This document shows positions 18,190-26,576 of a stretch of DNA of 64,000 nt, in pieces (the first letter of the stretch is position 1; the number at the start of each line of letters is the position of its first letter). The DNA is from Nitrososphaerales archaeon. GTDB taxonomy: Archaea; Thermoproteota; Nitrososphaeria; Nitrososphaerales; UBA213. Below the pieces are notes generated by a model. It was not told the DNA's origin. It ran no database searches and saw nothing but the letters and a program-made list of their open reading frames with translations. The stretch lies in the NCBI GenBank assembly GCA_046759465.1, contig JBHICH010000001.1:9953-73952 (forward strand), written 5' to 3'. A program made the position numbers and the translations under genes.

Positions 18190-19512
18190 ATGTTGAGCGA
18201 AGAAGAACTAGGCTCTTGGAGGAGAACTCACTTCTCATCACAAATAAAACCGAAGTTGAATGGTAGTGAAGTTCTTGTTATGGGTTGGGTCTCGAGCATA
18301 AGAGACCATGGAAATATTATGTTTGTTATGCTTACCGATAAGGATGGAGAAATGCAAGTGACTGCGAAGTTAGATGAGTGTGGAAAAGAACGTTTTGAAA
18401 AGATCAGAGCATTGAAAGAACATTCCAGTATCGGTGTGAAGGGAAAAGTTAGAAGTATTGATAACGCACCCAATGGAGCAGAAGTTGTACCTGATGATAC
18501 GAAGATATTTTCGCTTGCAAAGAAGGTACCGCCATTTCCTACCTACAGCAGAAGTGTTGCAAATGTAGATACTAGACTGGATCTTAGGGCGATTGATCTA
18601 CGAAGAGGTGTTCTGCAAGCTGTCTTTAAGATTAGACGTGGAGTGCTAAACGCCATAAGAGAGTTTCTTAACAACGAAGGATTCATAGAAGTTAGCACAC
18701 CTAAGATGATTGCAACGGCTACCGAGGGTGGGGCAGCACTATTCCCAATATTTTACTATGATAGAGAAGCTTTCCTAGCACAGAGCCCGCAGTTATATAA
18801 AGAGCAGTTGACCATGGCATTTGAAAGAGTATTCGAAGTAGGGCCGATATTTAGAGCCGAACCATCAAGAACCATGAAACATCTATCCGAAGCCATATCG
18901 ATCGATATTGAGCAGGCATTTGCAAACTATGATGATGTTACGAACCTGCTTGAAAAAATTATTGCCTACGTAATAGAATCTGTTAGTAAGAATAATGTGG
19001 CAGAATTCCAAATTCTACAGACGAAAGTAGACAAACCATCTATGCCATTTGCTAGACACAAATACAGCGATCTTGTCGAGCTACTAAGAAAAGACGGAGA
19101 AAAGATAGAGTGGGGCGACGATTTCTCAACGAATAACTTAAAGAAACTCGGCTCTATCATGAATGAATTTTACTTCATTACGGATTGGCCTTCAGCATCA
19201 AAGCCCTTCTACGCTAAGCCAAAGATAGATGACGAAAAGTTATCTGAATCATTTGACTTGATGTTTGGTGATCTTGAGATCGCTTCTGGAAGTAGCAGAA
19301 TAAACAGGAAGGATCAACTCGTCGAAAGAATGAAGAAGCAAGGCCTTAATCCAGAAGCCTTTGACTACCATCTTAGAGTATTTGACTATGGTGTTCCTCC
19401 ACATGCTGGTTTCGGCTTGGGACTGGAGAGGTTCATGATGACACTTACTGGTGTAGAAAATATAAGGGATGTAACGCTCTATCCTAGAGATATCGATAGA
19501 CTCGCACCGTGA
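18190..19512 (+). CDS. aspS: Aspartyl-tRNA synthetase (archaeal type, probably non-discriminating)
   Basis: Class IIb motifs FRAEPS and GFGLGLERF, plus an N-terminal OB anticodon-binding domain. I prefer ATG 18190 over the track's TTG 18184. Confidence 0.9.
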   Translation: MLSEEELGSWRRTHFSSQIKPKLNGSEVLVMGWVSSIRDHGNIMFVMLTDKDGEMQVTAKLDECGKERFEKIRALKEHSSIGVKGKVRSIDNAPNGAEVVPDDTKIFSLAKKVPPFPTYSRSVANVDTRLDLRAIDLRRGVLQAVFKIRRGVLNAIREFLNNEGFIEVSTPKMIATATEGGAALFPIFYYDREAFLAQSPQLYKEQLTMAFERVFEVGPIFRAEPSRTMKHLSEAISIDIEQAFANYDDVTNLLEKIIAYVIESVSKNNVAEFQILQTKVDKPSMPFARHKYSDLVELLRKDGEKIEWGDDFSTNNLKKLGSIMNEFYFITDWPSASKPFYAKPKIDDEKLSESFDLMFGDLEIASGSSRINRKDQLVERMKKQGLNPEAFDYHLRVFDYGVPPHAGFGLGLERFMMTLTGVENIRDVTLYPRDIDRLAP

Positions 19513-19518
19513 GGTGGT

Positions 19519-19794
19519 ATGATGGTAAAGAAGGAGGAAGTTAAACACCTAGCCTGGTTAGCAAGGATAGAGTTGGATGATAAAGAGTTGGAAGTATACA
19601 CAAGGCAAGTAGATCAAATAATTGGCTACTTCAATTCACTCGATAAAATTTCTCTTGATAAAGTTAAACCATTACAAACCAGCACGCTATATACAAAGTT
19701 CAGAGAAGATAATGCGGTGAAGTCCAAGGAAAACACTTTGAGTGTTGTTAGGAATTCAAGAGATAAATTTGTAAAAGCGCCAAAGATGGTTTGA
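19519..19794 (+). CDS. gatC: Asp/Glu-tRNA amidotransferase subunit C
   Basis: 91 aa. VKHLAWLARIELDDKE is the typical GatC N-terminus. Sits directly upstream of gatA. Confidence 0.9.
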   Translation: MMVKKEEVKHLAWLARIELDDKELEVYTRQVDQIIGYFNSLDKISLDKVKPLQTSTLYTKFREDNAVKSKENTLSVVRNSRDKFVKAPKMV

Positions 19795-19795
19795 A

Positions 19796-21247
19796 ATGGA
19801 TCCTTTAGCTTTAAATGCAAAAGAAATTTTGGAGCAGATAAAAAATGGTTCTTTAAGTACTGAAGAGTATATTGCTAAAATACTCGAAGGAATAAAGAAG
19901 CTCGACACAGAAGTTCATGCATATATATCGCTTAACGATGGCGCTCTAGAAAAAGCTAAACGGATCGATAGAAAGGTGAAAAATGGAGAACGCTTGGGAA
20001 GGCTTGCAGGGGTTGCTGTCGCTGTAAAGGATAACATATGCACACGAGGATTACAAACAACATGTGCTTCCAAAATGCTTGAAGGTTATACTCCTCCATA
20101 TAGTGCCACAGTGATAGAAAGATTGGAACGAGAAGACGCTATAATAGTTGGAAAGACAAACCTTGATGAGTTTGCGATGGGTTCTACAACAGAATTTAGC
20201 AGATTTGGAACAACAAGAAACCCATGGGATACGAGCAGGGTGCCCGGAGGTTCCTCCGGAGGGAGTGCTGCCTCACTAGCTGCAAGGGAGGCCACTTTAG
20301 CCCTTGGTTCTGATACAGGAGGTTCCATACGATGTCCTGCAAGTTTCTGTGCCAATGTAGGTCTCAAGCCTACATATGGACTCGTTAGCAGATTTGGTCT
20401 GGTGTCATTTGCAAACAGTCTAGAGCTGATCGGACCAATGGCAAGGTCTGTTCATGATGTAGCCTTGATGCTAAGCTGTATTGTGGGGAAAGATGCGATG
20501 GATAACACAACACTGGATGTTGATAGCAAAGACTACACCGCGAACATAGAAAAGGGTGTAAATGGAATCAAGATTGGAATTGTAAAAGAAATGATCTCTG
20601 ACGGTGTGGATCAATTTGTTGCTAAAACCATTCATGATGCGGCAAGTAAGTTTGAAAGTTTAGGTGCTTCGATTGAAGAGGTTTCAATAAGTGCTTTGCA
20701 ATATGCACTTGCATCATACTACACAATTGCAATGGCAGAGGCAAGCAGTAACTTGGCAAGGTATGATGGCATAAGGTACGGCAATAGTATGAATCCGGAA
20801 GGATTTGAATGGAACTCATACTTCACAAAGGTAAGAAGCGATTTTGGAAATGAGGTCAAGCGAAGGATAATGATAGGAACTTATGTTCTATCATCCGGCT
20901 ATTATGGAAGGTATTATCTTAAAGCGCAAAAGGTTAGAACTTTGATCAAACAAGAGCTTACCGGCATATTCAAGAAACTGGATCTTTTAATTGCGCCAAC
21001 GATGCCCATCCTACCATTTAAGATAGGTGAAAAAGTGAGTGACCCGTTACAATTGTATTCGATCGATATTGATACTGTTGCCGCAAACCTGGCAGGTATA
21101 CCATCGATCTCTGTTCCTTGTGCATTCAGGGATGATTTGCCAATAGGTCTTCAGATAATGGGAGCGCACCTAAGTGAGGATTTATTGTTAAGAGCAGCAT
21201 ATGCATTTGAACAGACCAGCGATGTGAGGACGGTGGCAGGTATATGA
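19796..21247 (+). CDS. gatA: Asp/Glu-tRNA amidotransferase subunit A (amidase)
   Basis: Amidase signature GGSSGGSAA...GSDTGGSIR. Confidence 0.95.
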   Translation: MDPLALNAKEILEQIKNGSLSTEEYIAKILEGIKKLDTEVHAYISLNDGALEKAKRIDRKVKNGERLGRLAGVAVAVKDNICTRGLQTTCASKMLEGYTPPYSATVIERLEREDAIIVGKTNLDEFAMGSTTEFSRFGTTRNPWDTSRVPGGSSGGSAASLAAREATLALGSDTGGSIRCPASFCANVGLKPTYGLVSRFGLVSFANSLELIGPMARSVHDVALMLSCIVGKDAMDNTTLDVDSKDYTANIEKGVNGIKIGIVKEMISDGVDQFVAKTIHDAASKFESLGASIEEVSISALQYALASYYTIAMAEASSNLARYDGIRYGNSMNPEGFEWNSYFTKVRSDFGNEVKRRIMIGTYVLSSGYYGRYYLKAQKVRTLIKQELTGIFKKLDLLIAPTMPILPFKIGEKVSDPLQLYSIDIDTVAANLAGIPSISVPCAFRDDLPIGLQIMGAHLSEDLLLRAAYAFEQTSDVRTVAGI

Positions 21248-22668
21248 CAATCAAGATCGGTCTGGAAATTCACTTTCAGTTAACAAGTTTAAAGAGCAAG
21301 CTATTTTGTTCCTGTTCTACTGATTATAGAGGCAAGGAAGCCAATACAAACGTCTGCCCGATATGTTTAGGCCTACCAGGCACACTTCCATTGCTGAACA
21401 GAAAGGGCTTGGAATACGCTCTGATGATCTCTCTTGCACTTGATTGCAAGACACCAGAAATTGTATCATTTTACAGGAAGAATTACTTCTATCCTGACCT
21501 TCCAAAAAACTTCCAGATCTCGCAGTACAACAGTTATGAGGCTAGTAGCATAGGCATTGATGGTTATATGGAATTCGATCACAAGAAGGTTCGAATTAGA
21601 CGATTGCAACTGGAAGAAGATCCAGGAAGACTTGTTTACGAGGGTAGTATGGAAACATCGCTCTATACACTAGTTGATTATAACAGGGCAGGTGTGCCAT
21701 TGGTAGAAATAGTTACAGAACCAGACTTCACAGATCCAAAGCAGGTACGCCTATTTCTAAACAAACTAGCTTCTACGCTTGAGCATCTAGGCATTTGCGA
21801 TACAAAGTTGGATGGTGCAGTAAGATGCGACGCAAACGTTTCGTTGGATAAGGGAAAGAGGGTTGAGATAAAGAACGTATCATCATTCAGGGAGGTTGAA
21901 AAGGCATTACTCTTCGAGATATCAAGACAAAAAAGCCTTGGTACAAAAGGAATCGAGATCAGGGCAGAAACAAGGCATTGGGACGATGTAAGAAGGGTTA
22001 CTATTCAATCAAGAACCAAAGAAGAGGAACAGGATTATCGTTATTTCCCGGAACCAGATGTACCAGCAGTTAACTTTAGCAGTGATCTCATGCAGATATT
22101 AACCAAACAGATGCCTGAACTTCCAGACGCAAGAAAGGCAAGGTTTGTGAAAAAATTCGGATTGTCAAATCAGGTAGCACAAGTTCTCATTGATGACAAG
22201 AATCTTGCAGACTTTTTTGAGGAGGGATCTAAGATTTATAGAAATGCAAAAGAAATAGCTAACTGGATAGTCACCGATCTGAAAGGATATACTGATGAAT
22301 TTGACGGCATCAGATCATTGAAGATAAAACCGGTACATGTTGCAGAACTTGCGAAGATGGTTGATACAGCTGTTATTAGCAGAAGTACGGCAAAACAGAT
22401 TCTTCAAGAAATTGTAAAAAGTGGCGAAATGCCGTCACAAGTAGCTAAAAGGCTCAATGCCGGTAAAATAAGTGATGAAAGAGCCTTGGCGAATGTTATC
22501 GATGATGTCTTCGAGAAGGAAAGGGAAGCTGTGATGGATGCATTACAAAATGAAAAAGCATTAAACTTTCTCCTAGGCAAGGTTATGGAGTCTACTAGTG
22601 CTAGGGCAGACCCAACGCTTGCACGAGAATTGATAAAGAAGAAACTAGCATCTATTTCTAATGCTTAG
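21244..22668 (+). CDS. gatB: Asp/Glu-tRNA amidotransferase subunit B
   Basis: IGLEIHFQL start, C-terminal YqeY-like tail, and a 4-nt overlap with gatA. Confidence 0.95.
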   Translation: MTIKIGLEIHFQLTSLKSKLFCSCSTDYRGKEANTNVCPICLGLPGTLPLLNRKGLEYALMISLALDCKTPEIVSFYRKNYFYPDLPKNFQISQYNSYEASSIGIDGYMEFDHKKVRIRRLQLEEDPGRLVYEGSMETSLYTLVDYNRAGVPLVEIVTEPDFTDPKQVRLFLNKLASTLEHLGICDTKLDGAVRCDANVSLDKGKRVEIKNVSSFREVEKALLFEISRQKSLGTKGIEIRAETRHWDDVRRVTIQSRTKEEEQDYRYFPEPDVPAVNFSSDLMQILTKQMPELPDARKARFVKKFGLSNQVAQVLIDDKNLADFFEEGSKIYRNAKEIANWIVTDLKGYTDEFDGIRSLKIKPVHVAELAKMVDTAVISRSTAKQILQEIVKSGEMPSQVAKRLNAGKISDERALANVIDDVFEKEREAVMDALQNEKALNFLLGKVMESTSARADPTLARELIKKKLASISNA

Positions 22669-23908
22669 CTTTGCTCTCATGCTCTAGATGCTGAACTACC
22701 ATAGGCAAGAAGGCACCAACATCAGAAACAAGACCGATTGCCTGCCACGTGCCTCTGTCCAACAACTTTGTCACAGTTGGCTGGCTTATATCAACGATTA
22801 CAACTTTAACATTAGATTGTAGCATATTACCCACTGCAATAGAGTGCAGCATAGTACATAGCATCAGTACCATATCGGCATCACTCAACGCCTCCTTATG
22901 CTTTCTCTGTGCCTCCACAACATCTGTTATACAGCCAGGTATAGGACCATCGTCTCTTAATGAGCCAGCCAAAACATACTGTACCTTGTTCTTTACACAT
23001 TCGTAGAATATGCCGCTCTTCAAAATTCCTTTCTTCACCATATTTTCAATGGAACCTGCCTTGAAGACCTCATTTACAGCTTGCATATGGTTTCTATGAC
23101 CTGTAATTGCAAGTGTACCATCGCTAACATGCATTCCAAGCGACGTTCCCATCAATGCATACTCGATATCATGAACGGCCAGTGCATTGCCGGCAAGAAC
23201 AGCATCGATGTAGCCCATTCGAATCAGTTTTGCCAGTGCATCAGCAGCTCCTGTATGCACAATCGCTGGTCCCCCAACAACAACTATCTTGCCACCTTTA
23301 GCTTTTGTATTGTAGATACCTTGAGCAACCTTTCTTACTATGTGCTGCGTTGGCCTTTCACTTGAAGTGCTACTGCCCATAAACTGGAATACATCGATAC
23401 CTTCCCTGGGTCTCTCAGGAGGCATAACCCTGACACCTTTTTCACCAACTACAGTGAGATCGCCTTTCCTGATCTCTCTAATAGCTTTGCAGAATGCCTT
23501 CTTCGTAACAGGATCAAATACCATGCACTTGTCCATCATCATATCTTCTACTTCAATCCAGGCATCTTTGTAGATTAAAGTTGGATTGTTTGTTGTACTG
23601 TAGAAGTTGTCAGGCATAACCATATCTGCAGGTGCTTTTTCGAGCATTACCTCCTCGACAATAACGGAGACCGCGCCTTCGCGATAAACCTCCTCAAGCA
23701 GTTGTTCAAGATGCTCCTTGGTTTTGCCCTTTACTAGCAGCTTGGCATAACTTGGTGACTTTTTCTCCTTGCCTATCTTGAATTCGAGAACTTCAAACTC
23801 TCCGTCAAGGTCCATAACCTTGTCAAATATTCTGGATAGTATCATTGAATCTATAAGATGGCCTTTTACCTCGATCTCTCGTTCAAATTTGTTCTGGAAA
23901 TGGACCAC
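22658..23908 (-). CDS. LOR/SDH-domain protein (TIGR00300-like family; putative archaeal ornithine cyclodeaminase type)
   Basis: 416 aa. N-terminus EVKGHLIDSMILSRIFDKVMDLDGEFEVLEFKIG plus a Rossmann-like C-terminal half match my recollection of this family. Function not certain. Confidence 0.65.
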   Translation of the reverse strand: MVHFQNKFEREIEVKGHLIDSMILSRIFDKVMDLDGEFEVLEFKIGKEKKSPSYAKLLVKGKTKEHLEQLLEEVYREGAVSVIVEEVMLEKAPADMVMPDNFYSTTNNPTLIYKDAWIEVEDMMMDKCMVFDPVTKKAFCKAIREIRKGDLTVVGEKGVRVMPPERPREGIDVFQFMGSSTSSERPTQHIVRKVAQGIYNTKAKGGKIVVVGGPAIVHTGAADALAKLIRMGYIDAVLAGNALAVHDIEYALMGTSLGMHVSDGTLAITGHRNHMQAVNEVFKAGSIENMVKKGILKSGIFYECVKNKVQYVLAGSLRDDGPIPGCITDVVEAQRKHKEALSDADMVLMLCTMLHSIAVGNMLQSNVKVVIVDISQPTVTKLLDRGTWQAIGLVSDVGAFLPMVVQHLEHESKAKH

Positions 23909-23949
23909 CAGTCATCTTGAACCATATACCTTTTAGCGTTGCTTAAAAA

Positions 23950-24270
23950 TCATACTGGAAGCTTTATCTTCCCAACGTATTCGCCCATTCCGTCGCTTTT
24001 CATCTGTGCCACGATTTTCTCCTGATCTTCCTTCTTGAACCACGATGCAATCGCCTTCGCGTTACCATCATTATCACATATGCATATTATGTATCCGTGA
24101 GGACCTTCTGCTACTCCAGCTAGATTCTCTTCTCCAACAGGCTCCCAGATGTTGTTTTTGCTTTCCTTGAGAGCGATTGCCGGTAATGCATTGCCCGTGT
24201 ATTTCTTTAGAAGACCAGCTGCTTCTTTTATCCTTACTTGTCCAATCTTAAGCGCCGGGAAGTACTGCAT
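23950..24270 (-). CDS. Hypothetical protein, 106 aa
   Basis: I prefer ATG 24270 (MQYFPALKIG...) because a TTTAAAATA box lies ~25 nt upstream on the minus strand. The track extends to GTG 24309. Confidence 0.5.
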   Translation of the reverse strand: MQYFPALKIGQVRIKEAAGLLKKYTGNALPAIALKESKNNIWEPVGEENLAGVAEGPHGYIICICDNDGNAKAIASWFKKEDQEKIVAQMKSDGMGEYVGKIKLPV

Positions 24271-24370
24271 ATAGAATTGCAGAGTGCCAGTGTATTTTAA
24301 ACTATTCACCCGTAAAGAAATGAGTAGAAATAAGCTACCGTTTTTGTCTGGTAGGCTTTGATTAATATTT

Positions 24371-24916
24371 CTAAGATTTTCTGTTCTTCAAACTATTTAG
24401 CATGCCCAATAAACTTCGATCTTTGATACCATGACCAGCGGATTCAAAGAACTGCCTGAGCAGAGCCTTACTGTATCCCTTCTTCAGGTAATCATTTGCC
24501 TGTAGAGCCATCTCAAGTTTGTCGATTTGATGAACCAAAAGTGCCTCCTTGCTTGAATTCATTTTGTACTCTTGCCAAAGTTTTGCATAGTTTGTGCGTA
24601 ATTTAGCAGGCAACTTATTCAAAATAGATTTGATCGCTTTAGTCTCTCGCTCAACCTTCTCTTTCATAATTACATCATCTGGCATATAGTCCCCTGTTAG
24701 TGATTCTGCGATGTCATGCAACAATGCCATCTTTACTGCCTTGCTAGTGTTCAGGCCTTTCAGTTCTGCAAGGACCATGCACATAAGTGCCATCAAGTAG
24801 CAATGGTCTGCAACTGATTCTGGTTCTTTAATATTGACTTTGGCAACCCAGCCACTTCTTTCTGTCCATTTAAGATTATTTGCTAGTTTGAAAAACTCAA
24901 GTAACTTATCTACCAT
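24371..24916 (-). CDS. HD-domain phosphohydrolase (YfbR-like 5'-deoxynucleotidase family)
   Basis: SVADHCY...LLHDIAESLTGD provides the H...HD...D metal ligands. Confidence 0.8.
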   Translation of the reverse strand: MVDKLLEFFKLANNLKWTERSGWVAKVNIKEPESVADHCYLMALMCMVLAELKGLNTSKAVKMALLHDIAESLTGDYMPDDVIMKEKVERETKAIKSILNKLPAKLRTNYAKLWQEYKMNSSKEALLVHQIDKLEMALQANDYLKKGYSKALLRQFFESAGHGIKDRSLLGMLNSLKNRKS

Positions 24917-25031
24917 TTAGAGTATCACCTTCTAGAAGTCCTGAACCAAGATACACCTTGTTTGAGTGCTTTGAAAGTTGTGATTTGTCTTCAAATGTAG
25001 AATTGCAGTAATGCCACTCAATTTCGCTCAT
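24906..25031 (-). CDS. Micro-ORF (41 aa) translationally coupled on both sides
   Basis: MSEIEWHYCNSTFEDKSQLSKHSNKVYLGSGLLEGDTLNGR*. Its ATG overlaps the upstream ORF's TGA (ATGA at 25028-25031), and its 3' end overlaps the HD gene start by 11 nt. It has a half C2H2-like pattern, C-x3-F-x5-L-x2-H. Confidence 0.3.
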   Translation of the reverse strand: MSEIEWHYCNSTFEDKSQLSKHSNKVYLGSGLLEGDTLNGR

Positions 25032-25210
25032 GACAATAGTTTCGTAGAGCTGAATTTTAAACCTAATTGCTGGAACTGAGCAGTTATAGTGTGCAATGTA
25101 TTCTCTGATTTGAAGAAAAAGCTGTCGAAGGCAATAGCAAAGGCCGTTAGCGCAACTGCCATCACTACTGCCATTACAATGAGCAATGCAACATAGGAGC
25201 CTTGTTTCAT
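25028..25210 (-). CDS. Small single-TM protein (60 aa)
   Basis: MKQGSYVALLIVMAVVMAVALTAFAIAF... On the minus strand a TTTATCAA box (plus-strand coordinates 25231-25238) sits ~25 nt upstream of ATG 25210. Confidence 0.4.
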   Translation of the reverse strand: MKQGSYVALLIVMAVVMAVALTAFAIAFDSFFFKSENTLHTITAQFQQLGLKFSSTKLLS

Positions 25211-25438
25211 AACAAATCCACTTGTTGTGTTTGATAAACAGGTAATAGTACAATGTTAAAATCAACGATGTTTAAACCTTATGACTTGTTGATAAAACGG
25301 CGATGGTACGCAGCCCTTTATTATGGATATTTAGCAACAAAAAAGTGATTAGAAGACCATTAGCTGCTTTTCAAATTTAGAGTATTGCGCTATATAATTT
25401 GTTAAACGTTAATAAAAAGCACGCGAGTTCCTAACTCA

Positions 25439-25987
25439 TTGGTCAAGATATACACCAGAGGCGGAGATAAAGGTGAAACTTCGCTCATTGGAGGAAAGCG
25501 AACTTCGAAGTCAAGTGCACGTATTGATGCATACGGAAGTGTTGATGAAGTAAATTCTGCTTTAGGAGTAGCTGTGTCCATCATCGATGATAAGGAAATG
25601 CAAGAAGTTTTGCAAAGAGTGCAGAATGAATTGTTTATAGTAGGATCTGATTTGGCCGATCCGTCTTATCCTGACAATCCGAACAAGACACCGAGGATTT
25701 CTGATTCAATCGTAAAACAGATGGAGAATATTATCGATAAATATGAGAAAGAGATAGGCTCCATACAGTACTTCATCCTTCCAGGTGGAACGAAGGAAGC
25801 GTCGGTATTGCATTTGGCCAGGGGAATAGCAAGGAGAGCAGAAAGAGAAGCCGTGGAGTTATCCTTATCAGAAAGGATCAATCCCGCTGTAATTGCTTAC
25901 CTTAACAGATTGTCGTCGCTACTTTTTGTCTTTGCTAGAGTAATGAACAAAAGAAAAGGCGTAAAAGATGTTGCTTGGCGTGGGTAA
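25439..25987 (+). CDS. ATP:cob(I)alamin adenosyltransferase, PduO type
   Basis: KIYTRGGDKGETSLIGGKRTSKSSARIDAYGSVDEVNS is the hallmark N-terminus. TTG start. Confidence 0.85.
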   Translation: MVKIYTRGGDKGETSLIGGKRTSKSSARIDAYGSVDEVNSALGVAVSIIDDKEMQEVLQRVQNELFIVGSDLADPSYPDNPNKTPRISDSIVKQMENIIDKYEKEIGSIQYFILPGGTKEASVLHLARGIARRAEREAVELSLSERINPAVIAYLNRLSSLLFVFARVMNKRKGVKDVAWRG

Positions 25988-25990
25988 TGA

Positions 25991-26146
25991 CTAATTCTCC
26001 CTTTCATCATTAAGTAGTTTCATGGTTTCTGTATGTTCTTTCTCTTTAGTCCATTCTTTGTTAATTTCGATCACAACTTTGGTATTTATGAAGACCATTG
26101 CAATCCAAAAGGGCACCATAACAAGCAACGTGAAATTAAAGTCCAT
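25991..26146 (-). CDS. Possible small membrane protein (51 aa)
   Basis: Hand translation gives MDFNFTLLVMVPFWIAMVFINTKVVIEINKEWTKEKEHTETMKLLNDEREN*, one TM helix plus a charged tail. Below the track cutoff. Confidence 0.3.
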   Translation of the reverse strand: MDFNFTLLVMVPFWIAMVFINTKVVIEINKEWTKEKEHTETMKLLNDEREN

Positions 26147-26250
26147 CTATCTTATCACCACTGAAAATGGCTGAACTGTTAGTGAATATTTATGAGCGAT
26201 GTTTACACTGTAATAGTGTGCATTTTTGTGTGTTTGAAAGAACAAAACTG

Positions 26251-26258
26251 TTAAATTT
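26251..26258 (+). promoter_or_regulatory. TATA-like box for the tRNA-Phe gene
   Basis: TTAAATTT is centred ~27 nt upstream of tRNA position 1 (26282). Confidence 0.4.
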
Positions 26259-26281
26259 GTGCTATCAAGCTTAAGCGCTGT

Positions 26282-26400
26282 GCCGCCGTAGCTCAGCCTG
26301 GGAGTAATTCCTCTTAGTAGGAAGACCAAAAGCACTCGACCTTTGATAAGGGGTGATGCTGAAGACCGAGCTGTCGTGTGTTCAAGTCACACCGGCGGCA
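26282..26400 (+). tRNA. tRNA-Phe (anticodon GAA) with two non-canonical introns (26305-26330 and 26339-26357)
   Basis: Exons 26282-26304, 26331-26338 and 26358-26400 join to GCCGCCG TA GCTC AGCCTGGGA GAGC A CTCGG CTGAAGA CCGAG CTGTC GTGTG TTCAAGT CACAC CGGCGGC A. This is a 74-nt cloverleaf with all stems Watson-Crick, discriminator A and no encoded CCA. Intron 2 sits in a clean helix-bulge-helix motif (see findings). Confidence 0.8.
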
Positions 26401-26533
26401 CTCACAATGAAGTTTGAAGTCCTACACTGTATCTAAGACATTCAGATTCAAAGAATGGAGTTATTAGTTATGCTGCCTTTCTTGAAGCTTATATGTTGAT
26501 GTCCCGCTCTGGCCACTGCAACAGTCTTTATGC

Positions 26534-26571
26534 CTGATAATTTTTATACGCAGAAATTGTTACATTATCAG
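26534..26571. promoter_or_regulatory. 8-bp inverted repeat bracketing the TATA box of the Kelch-protein gene
   Basis: CTGATAAT (26534-26541) and ATTATCAG (26564-26571). TTTTTATAC lies between them, ~30 nt upstream of ATG 26577. Confidence 0.3.
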
Positions 26572-26576
26572 ATAAT

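Noticed and set aside
24906-25265. 119-aa minus-strand ORF as a single gene
   Set aside because: The sequence is low-complexity and Cys/Leu/Tyr-rich upstream of Met-79. The locus is better explained by a 60-aa TM ORF in another frame plus the 41-aa C-terminal part, linked by ATGA coupling.
26147-26335. 62-aa minus-strand ORF in the track
   Set aside because: It overlaps the 5' half of the tRNA-Phe gene and its promoter, so it is a spurious shadow ORF.
26339-26349. Reading CTTTGAT as an anticodon loop (tRNA-Gln TTG or tRNA-Lys TTT) with a canonical 37/38 intron
   Set aside because: No 5-bp anticodon stem can be formed around it. With stem CTCGA, position 33 would be C, and no BHB motif forms. 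The GAA solution gives a perfect stem, a U33 loop, a clean BHB, and a body sequence typical of archaeal tRNA-Phe.
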